From assembly GCA_002269645.1 (NCBI GenBank), contig NIVC01005252.1:1-16594 (forward strand): a stretch of 16,594 nucleotides of DNA, read 5' to 3'. Below the pieces are notes generated by a model. The model was given only the letters and a program-made list of their open reading frames with translations, made no database searches and was not told where the DNA came from. Source of the DNA: Macrostomum lignano. Its lineage: Eukaryota. The stretch's first letter is position 1, and every line of letters starts with the position of its first letter. Shown piece by piece: positions 16,150-16,594 of the stretch. Position numbers and translations under genes: made by a program.

Positions 16150-16594
16150 AAATCCTCCTGAAGGGTTGGGGAATCTTAGAGACATCCTCCTGAAGGGTTG
16201 GGGAATCTCGGCGATATCCTTCTGAAGGGTTGGGGAATCAAGGCGACATCCTCCTGAAGGGTTGGGGAATCTCGGCGATATCCTCCTAAGGTGGGACGCG
16301 ATATCCTCCTGAAGGGTTGGGAAATCTCGGCGATATCCTCCTCAAGCGTTGGGGAATATCGGCGATATCCGTCCTGAAGGGTTAAGGATTATCGGCGATA
16401 TCCTCCTAGGTTGGGAAATCTTGGCGATATCCTCCTGAAGGGTTGGGGAATCTCGGCGATATCCTCGAAGGGTTGGGAAATCTTGGTGAATCCTCCTAAA
16501 GGCTGGAGATCTCGGCGATATCCTCCTGAAGGGTTGGGGAATCTCCGATATCCTCATAAAGTTGGGGATTATCGCGATTTTCGTCCTGAAGGTT
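16150..16594. repeat. 32-bp minisatellite CTCCTGAAGGGTTGGGGAATCTCGGCGATATC, at least 13 copies; runs off the window end
   Basis: Period 32 read directly (CTCC at 16155 and 16187). ORF 16342..16557 is a repeat artefact. Confidence 0.96.

Noticed and set aside
15966-16193. Plus-strand 75-aa ORF overlapping the orphan gene
   Set aside because: Non-ATG start, runs into the minisatellite, and has no recognisable features.

Overview
Eukaryotic (metazoan) genomic DNA with spliced genes; the organism cannot be fixed from the sequence alone. (1) Minus strand, join(5999..5895, 5170..4727, 3956..3466, 2461..2077): an intact ~474-aa SAM50/Omp85-family mitochondrial outer-membrane beta-barrel insertase (SAMM50). 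Each of its three coding introns is 70-92% filled by its own distinct minisatellite, and two more arrays lie downstream. (2) Plus strand, divergent, join(11114..11125, 11233..11335, 11578..13346, 13838..14041): a ~695-aa CPEB1/Orb-clade protein with two RRMs and a ZZ finger. It has a 12-nt first coding micro-exon, a beta-TrCP-like SSGISS degron, a His/Gln-rich prion-like tract, poly-Ala runs, and a CPE plus AATAAA in its own 3' UTR. (3) Minus strand, 16041..15646: an orphan signal-peptide, Cys-containing ORF. Between SAMM50 and CPEB lie a 2.8-kb AT-rich, CpG-depleted domain (TAGGCCTA-rich, with a possible LINE endonuclease relic) and an unexplained GC-rich structured island at ~9.24-9.76 kb (C/D-box-like motif, perfect 17-bp hairpin, 110-aa ORF). 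All gene models were assembled by hand from splice signals, frame continuity and remembered family motifs; no database search was run.
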